DNA of 64,000 bases. Source: an uncultured Acidobacteriota bacterium (lineage in GTDB: Bacteria > Acidobacteriota > Blastocatellia > RBC074). This document shows, one piece after another, positions 60,141-64,000 of the stretch; within the stretch, counting starts at the first letter, position 1; the number at the start of each line of letters is the position of its first letter. The stretch covers positions 2,656,001 to 2,720,000 of the forward strand of contig CAWCKY010000006.1 of assembly GCA_963796275.1 (NCBI GenBank). Reading direction: 5' to 3'. Both the position numbers and the translations under genes were made by a program. Under the pieces are notes generated by a model. The model worked only from the letters and a program-made list of their open reading frames with translations. It was not told the DNA's origin and made no database searches.

Positions 60141-60419
60141 TCATTCGTATGACGGCCCTTTCGCCATGCGACGCTGAGCCATCAATCGTCTTCGCCTACC
60201 GGCCTCGTACTTGAGAGATTCTTCACGCACGCGGCGTCTATCTATTGAGAGCCGAGTGAGTGATCGCGCCATGACCAGTTGCAAGAAAAAGTGCAGATCT
60301 TTAACTGTGAATACACACGCCCGCTTGAGCAAAGGCTTCAATTCACCGCGCTTTGCCAACTGGCGGAGCCAGGGCAGAACGATCCATAGCTGGTGAAGAA
60401 GCCGATCACTAATTTCCAA
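60141..60419 (-). CDS. Hypothetical basic protein (uncertain)
   Basis: 92-aa TTG-start ORF with no recognised motif; supported only by its position behind promoter C. Confidence 0.25.
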   Translation of the reverse strand: MEISDRLLHQLWIVLPWLRQLAKRGELKPLLKRACVFTVKDLHFFLQLVMARSLTRLSIDRRRVREESLKYEAGRRRRLMAQRRMAKGPSYE

Positions 60420-60528
60420 CCTTTGAAGTGCGCAAGTTTTGACTCGTTTCCGGCACGCTTTAGACTTGCATTCTGAGAGGATGGAGAAGAAGCCGGTGAC
60501 AATTAGGCCATTCCATCGTTAAGGCCCC

Positions 60529-60583
60529 AAGCTAACACCGGACTCATAAAAATTGTGTAAAAAGTCCATAAAAAAGTCGTAAA
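60529..60583 (-). promoter_or_regulatory. KdpE-box-like promoter C (4 x TTTAYR at 11-bp period, N10, TAGCTT)
   Basis: Plus-strand CATAAA 60545, TGTAAA 60556, CATAAA 60567, CGTAAA 60578; AAGCTA at 60529-60534. Confidence 0.7.
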
Positions 60584-60665
60584 GATGAACTGCGAGTGAT
60601 CTTCAGTGGACTGTTAAGAAAACAACGTTCACTGCCCGGACGCAGATATCTCATAGGTAGCATGT

Positions 60666-60821
60666 TTACTGAGGTTTCAGTTTGAAATAGGAGGAAACAC
60701 AGAGGCCTTCTGACCAGGCTTGTGGAGCGCAGGCCACCGGATGGAGAACCGGCCTCTCCCCAGGATGCCTGGGAAAGCCGCGGAATAATTCCGGCATCTG
60801 GTCCCGCGTCTGCCGATCCAT
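60666..60821 (-). pseudogene. Fragment of an amylo-alpha-1,6-glucosidase (glycogen debranching enzyme family)
   Basis: MPELFRGFPRHPGERPVLHPVACAPQAWS matches the family motif LPELFCGF.R.....P..YPVAC.PQAWA. Confidence 0.7.
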
Positions 60822-60823
60822 TG

Positions 60824-62422
60824 TTACCACGCGCCTTTTTTGCGACCGAACCACCAGACCAATCCGAGCGTCGCGGTATTCTGCTCCTTCTTCAACACGC
60901 CGGGTGTGTCAGTCAAGAAGAACGGCCTGTTGGACCAATCGCGCCGGTACTCGCCACGCATCAGGAATACTTCGTTGAACTTATATTCCGCTGTCAATGT
61001 GATCTCTTTTAAGTCCTGGTCCACGCCAGTGAACAATGATCCCCCATCATCCGACGGGTTATCTCCAACGTATTCGAATCGCCCGGCCAATGCGAAGCCT
61101 TGTGGGAGCTGATAGCGCGCGTAAGCCACACCGCCATTGATGCGCGATGGCGACGAGTTGCTGAAGGCACGGTTGATCACGTAATCGCCTTCGAATGCGA
61201 ACGTCAGTTTGTCGGTCATATTGAATGTGGCATAGGCATCGAGGATGTGGATGCGGCCGTTTTGCTCGGGCTGGACCTCATTGGGCGAAAGCCCTGGCTG
61301 CGTCGGCAGGACCGGGAAGGTCGGGTTGAGTATCGAAGTTCGCACTCGCCCTTCCTTGCCGGCGTAATAATTCGCCTGCGCTGTGATGCGGCTCGTGGGC
61401 TTATATGTCAGCAATACTGCCTGTGACTTCCAGGCGTTGAAATCCTCGCTCTGGTTAATGCCGTTAACCAGCCAGTAGGTCGATGTGAGCTTGTCACCTA
61501 TGGGATAAGCCGATCGGAAGCCGAAATGATAAAATGGCAAAATGGCGAACCAATAAGATCGACTGTAATTGAAGTTGTCCTTGGTGTAATTCGTCTCGTA
61601 ACCGAGCGCGCTTGCGAATTTCCCGAAATCAGTCGTCAATCCGTTTCCGAGCGGGGCGACATATGTTCCGTATGCCTGCCACACGTGGCGGAAGACCTGC
61701 GGGCGCAGCTCATTGACCGCGCTGCCCTGCAGGGTCTCGGTCGCCTGGCCGAAGATCAGATCGAGTCGCGCTCCGAACCTGCGTCCCTCTTCAACTTTAG
61801 GCGCGTGCTCTAAGATCACACCTGCCTGGTTCAGGCTGAACGTGTTGCTCTCCACATCGTAAGCGCGCAATAGATTGATGCCGCCGAGCGGGCGGTTGAA
61901 GTTGTATCCGTAATAACCGTCGACCGTCATGTTGACCGTAGTGTCGCGCCAGAAATCCAGCACCTCGCGATCATCTGTAGATAGAGCAGGCTTTTGTGCC
62001 TGAGACGGCGCCGCCTCACCGGACGCTGACGCCAGCCCTGCCGCGGGCGCGATCTTCTCCGCTTCGAGCTGGCTGATACGCGCTTCCAGCCGTTCGATCG
62101 ATTGCCGCATCTGGCGCATCTCTTCGAGCAGTTCCGCGTTATCCATACCATCCTTAGCCATCTCATTGGCTGCTATACCTCTCTTTTCATCTGCCGTACC
62201 AGTCTTGGAAACATTGCTGGCGACACCCCATTGGGTTTGTGCGCGCGTCGGTGCCTGTGCGATCGCGACCGGTCCCGACGGCAGAACCAATGCCAACCCC
62301 AGCGCGATGCCCCGGAGGAAGGATATGTACACGTCGCTCCCGCTGGACAACGACATGGTTTTCTTACTCAATTTATCGCTCTTCCAATAAAACAGGCCCT
62401 CAACTCGCAGTTGTCTGTCCAT
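60824..62422 (-). CDS. Second BBP2/OmpL-like outer-membrane beta-barrel protein (true start may be ~62356)
   Basis: Signal peptide, coiled coil, DGYYGYNFNRP, FSLNQA, WQAYGTY, DFGKFASALG, NYSRSY, EYRRDWS, terminal KKGAW. Confidence 0.87.
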   Translation of the reverse strand: MDRQLRVEGLFYWKSDKLSKKTMSLSSGSDVYISFLRGIALGLALVLPSGPVAIAQAPTRAQTQWGVASNVSKTGTADEKRGIAANEMAKDGMDNAELLEEMRQMRQSIERLEARISQLEAEKIAPAAGLASASGEAAPSQAQKPALSTDDREVLDFWRDTTVNMTVDGYYGYNFNRPLGGINLLRAYDVESNTFSLNQAGVILEHAPKVEEGRRFGARLDLIFGQATETLQGSAVNELRPQVFRHVWQAYGTYVAPLGNGLTTDFGKFASALGYETNYTKDNFNYSRSYWFAILPFYHFGFRSAYPIGDKLTSTYWLVNGINQSEDFNAWKSQAVLLTYKPTSRITAQANYYAGKEGRVRTSILNPTFPVLPTQPGLSPNEVQPEQNGRIHILDAYATFNMTDKLTFAFEGDYVINRAFSNSSPSRINGGVAYARYQLPQGFALAGRFEYVGDNPSDDGGSLFTGVDQDLKEITLTAEYKFNEVFLMRGEYRRDWSNRPFFLTDTPGVLKKEQNTATLGLVWWFGRKKGAW

Positions 62423-62782
62423 CTTAGTTGATTACTCCTCAGTGATTGTATAGATCGCCTCGCCCTTCACTTCCGTCGCGGCCAAAAGGTTGATCCGAGC
62501 CGGCACTACGATGAGATAGAACAGAGGTAGATACATGATCGGTGTGTGGAGGAGACGTTTAAATGCACGTTTCGATGAGGAGGAAAAACTCGATAAAGGA
62601 GGTAGTAAAGGAGAGGCAAAAATTATTGCCAGGATGAAATTAGTATTGCCAGTCGGTCCAGCAAATGTCAACCATACGTTATCGTGTCGATATTAGAGTG
62701 TGTTTTAAAAGGTCACGGCGCACAGCAACATATCTGCGGGTGGATGTCCGAGAGATGGAAGATCGACATGCCCAACCTTCAG

Positions 62783-62955
62783 TTATTTGAACACCATGCC
62801 GAATTGGGTCACTTGCCCGCCAGCAATGATGAGGGCCAAGCCAACCCAGGTCGAAGTCGGCACGTTCCCACCGAAGACTGAGCAGCCACACAGTACGCGC
62901 TAACCGTCGCGAAGGCGACCTACATTCGCAGCAATCTGGAAAAAGTTTCACTGAA
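62783..62955 (-). pseudogene. Degraded 3' half of a small SMR/YnfA-like membrane protein gene
   Basis: NFSRLL..VAFATVS.. VFGGNVPTSTWVGLALIIAGGQVTQFG with in-frame stops. Confidence 0.4.
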
Positions 62956-63102
62956 GCAATTGGGATATTTTCTCTTCCATTATTGATGGCGTGTGACTAC
63001 AGCCTGCGTCGACCGTCTGCGAGACCGCAGCCTTGCTGAGGCTATCATTATCCGGCCTCTCTAGGTGCTTAACCTTCAGTGAACGGCTGAATTTGTGGGA
63101 TT

Positions 63103-64000
63103 CTATAGGGCTTTCTTTGAAACTTCTTTCCTGTCTTGCCGCCTATTTTGTTGCTGGTCTCGCTTCTGGTGAGCATCAGGTCTTTTTATCGCGTAATAAC
63201 CTTCACGGGTTCGGACGATCAGACGCGCCGACTTCTGAGGGGCCGTCACTGTGACTTTGATCCGGCGCCATTTACCATCCGCTACAAAGTTCGATGGCAG
63301 ATAGCCGATCGAATATAGGCGGCGCAATTCAAGGGCGATAAGCTCGAAGACTTCGATCATCTCATCTGCGTTCTTCGGGTAGAATGCCTTCCCACCGGAG
63401 ACCGAGGCCAGTCTTTCCAGAGGGATCGCGCCGGGGATTCCGCCGCCCAGGTTGCCCTTCTGTGGCAGACGGTTCATCCCGATTCCGATGGAATAGATGA
63501 TCACGTCTGATTCTTGAAGCTTGCGGCGCAGGTCGTCGAGGCTGTATCGAGAGTGGTTGTCCTCCCCATCGCTGATGAGAATGATCGCTTGTCTAGGGTA
63601 TATCCCGCGTGAGACTTTCTCGATGCCGAGATAGACTGCGTCATAGAGCGCCGTATTGCCTTTCGGATAGACGTTGCTGAACTGATTCAACAGCGCTCGG
63701 CCATCGCGCACACCATCTAACGAGAGTTGAGGATTCGAACCGAAGCTGATCAGAAAATATTCGTCCCGTTCATGGCTCGTCTCGATGAACCGCGCGAGGG
63801 CATCTTTGGCCTGCCTGATCTTATCGCCCTTCATCGAGCCCGAGGTGTCGAAGACGATTCCGACGGAGACCGGCGCATCTTCATCAGAGAAGAAGCTGCT
63901 CGGCTGCTCGACTTTGTCATCATAGATCCTGAAATTCTCCTTCTTCAACCCCTCAACTATACGACCATTGCGATCGGTTACCGCCACATTCAGGGAGACC
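63103..64000 (-). CDS. Acidobacterial VWA-domain protein (5' end beyond window)
   Basis: VSLNVAVTD, FDTSGSM (MIDAS), TALYDAVY, ISDGEDNHS, YSIGY, DGKWRRIKV, REGYYA. Confidence 0.92.
   Translation of the reverse strand, partial: VSLNVAVTDRNGRIVEGLKKENFRIYDDKVEQPSSFFSDEDAPVSVGIVFDTSGSMKGDKIRQAKDALARFIETSHERDEYFLISFGSNPQLSLDGVRDGRALLNQFSNVYPKGNTALYDAVYLGIEKVSRGIYPRQAIILISDGEDNHSRYSLDDLRRKLQESDVIIYSIGIGMNRLPQKGNLGGGIPGAIPLERLASVSGGKAFYPKNADEMIEVFELIALELRRLYSIGYLPSNFVADGKWRRIKVTVTAPQKSARLIVRTREGYYAIKRPDAHQKRDQQQNRRQDRKEVSKKAL

Noticed and set aside
60690-60820. Multi-hairpin ncRNA after the porin
   Set aside because: Better explained as a coding remnant of a debranching enzyme.
62432-62671. 79-aa ORF upstream of the second porin
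   Set aside because: TTG start, low complexity, overlaps a probable promoter; no family recognised.

Overview
Bacterial chromosomal window, most likely from an Acidobacteriota (Blastocatellia-like) genome. That assignment is inferred from the Oar-type TonB-dependent receptors, zf-HC2 anti-sigma, acidobacterial VWA protein and PQQ-propeller genes. Blocks from left to right: (1) general-stress cluster (katE, yihY, GT4, two SDRs, SRPBCC, Zn-ADH) with sigma-54-like promoters; (2) decayed sulfatase/DUF1254 block; (3) ECF sigma/anti-sigma, two TBDRs, CE1-like esterase, TIM-barrel epimerase and GH78 rhamnosidase (SusD-less carbohydrate-utilisation locus); (4) duplicated iorAB-type molybdoenzyme genes and an AraC-divergent cluster of exported hydrolases/reductases; (5) a ~17 kb potassium locus. 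The potassium locus is the most unusual part. It holds a KimA-like APC transporter and kdpFAB-porin-kdpC with extra micro-peptides. Downstream lie a CBS protein, a soluble split KdpD (N-domain plus Usp only), and a membrane kinase whose phospho-acceptor His is replaced by Glu and which carries an extra ~240-aa C-terminal domain. No response regulator is present, yet three promoters share one KdpE-box-like architecture, and the kdpA Shine-Dalgarno appears bridged to its start codon by a hairpin. Many single-base frameshifts, densest in kdpAB, look like sequencing noise. Several gene remnants look like real deletions. No rRNA, tRNA, CRISPR or transposase was seen. All family calls are from motif recognition by eye, not from database searches.
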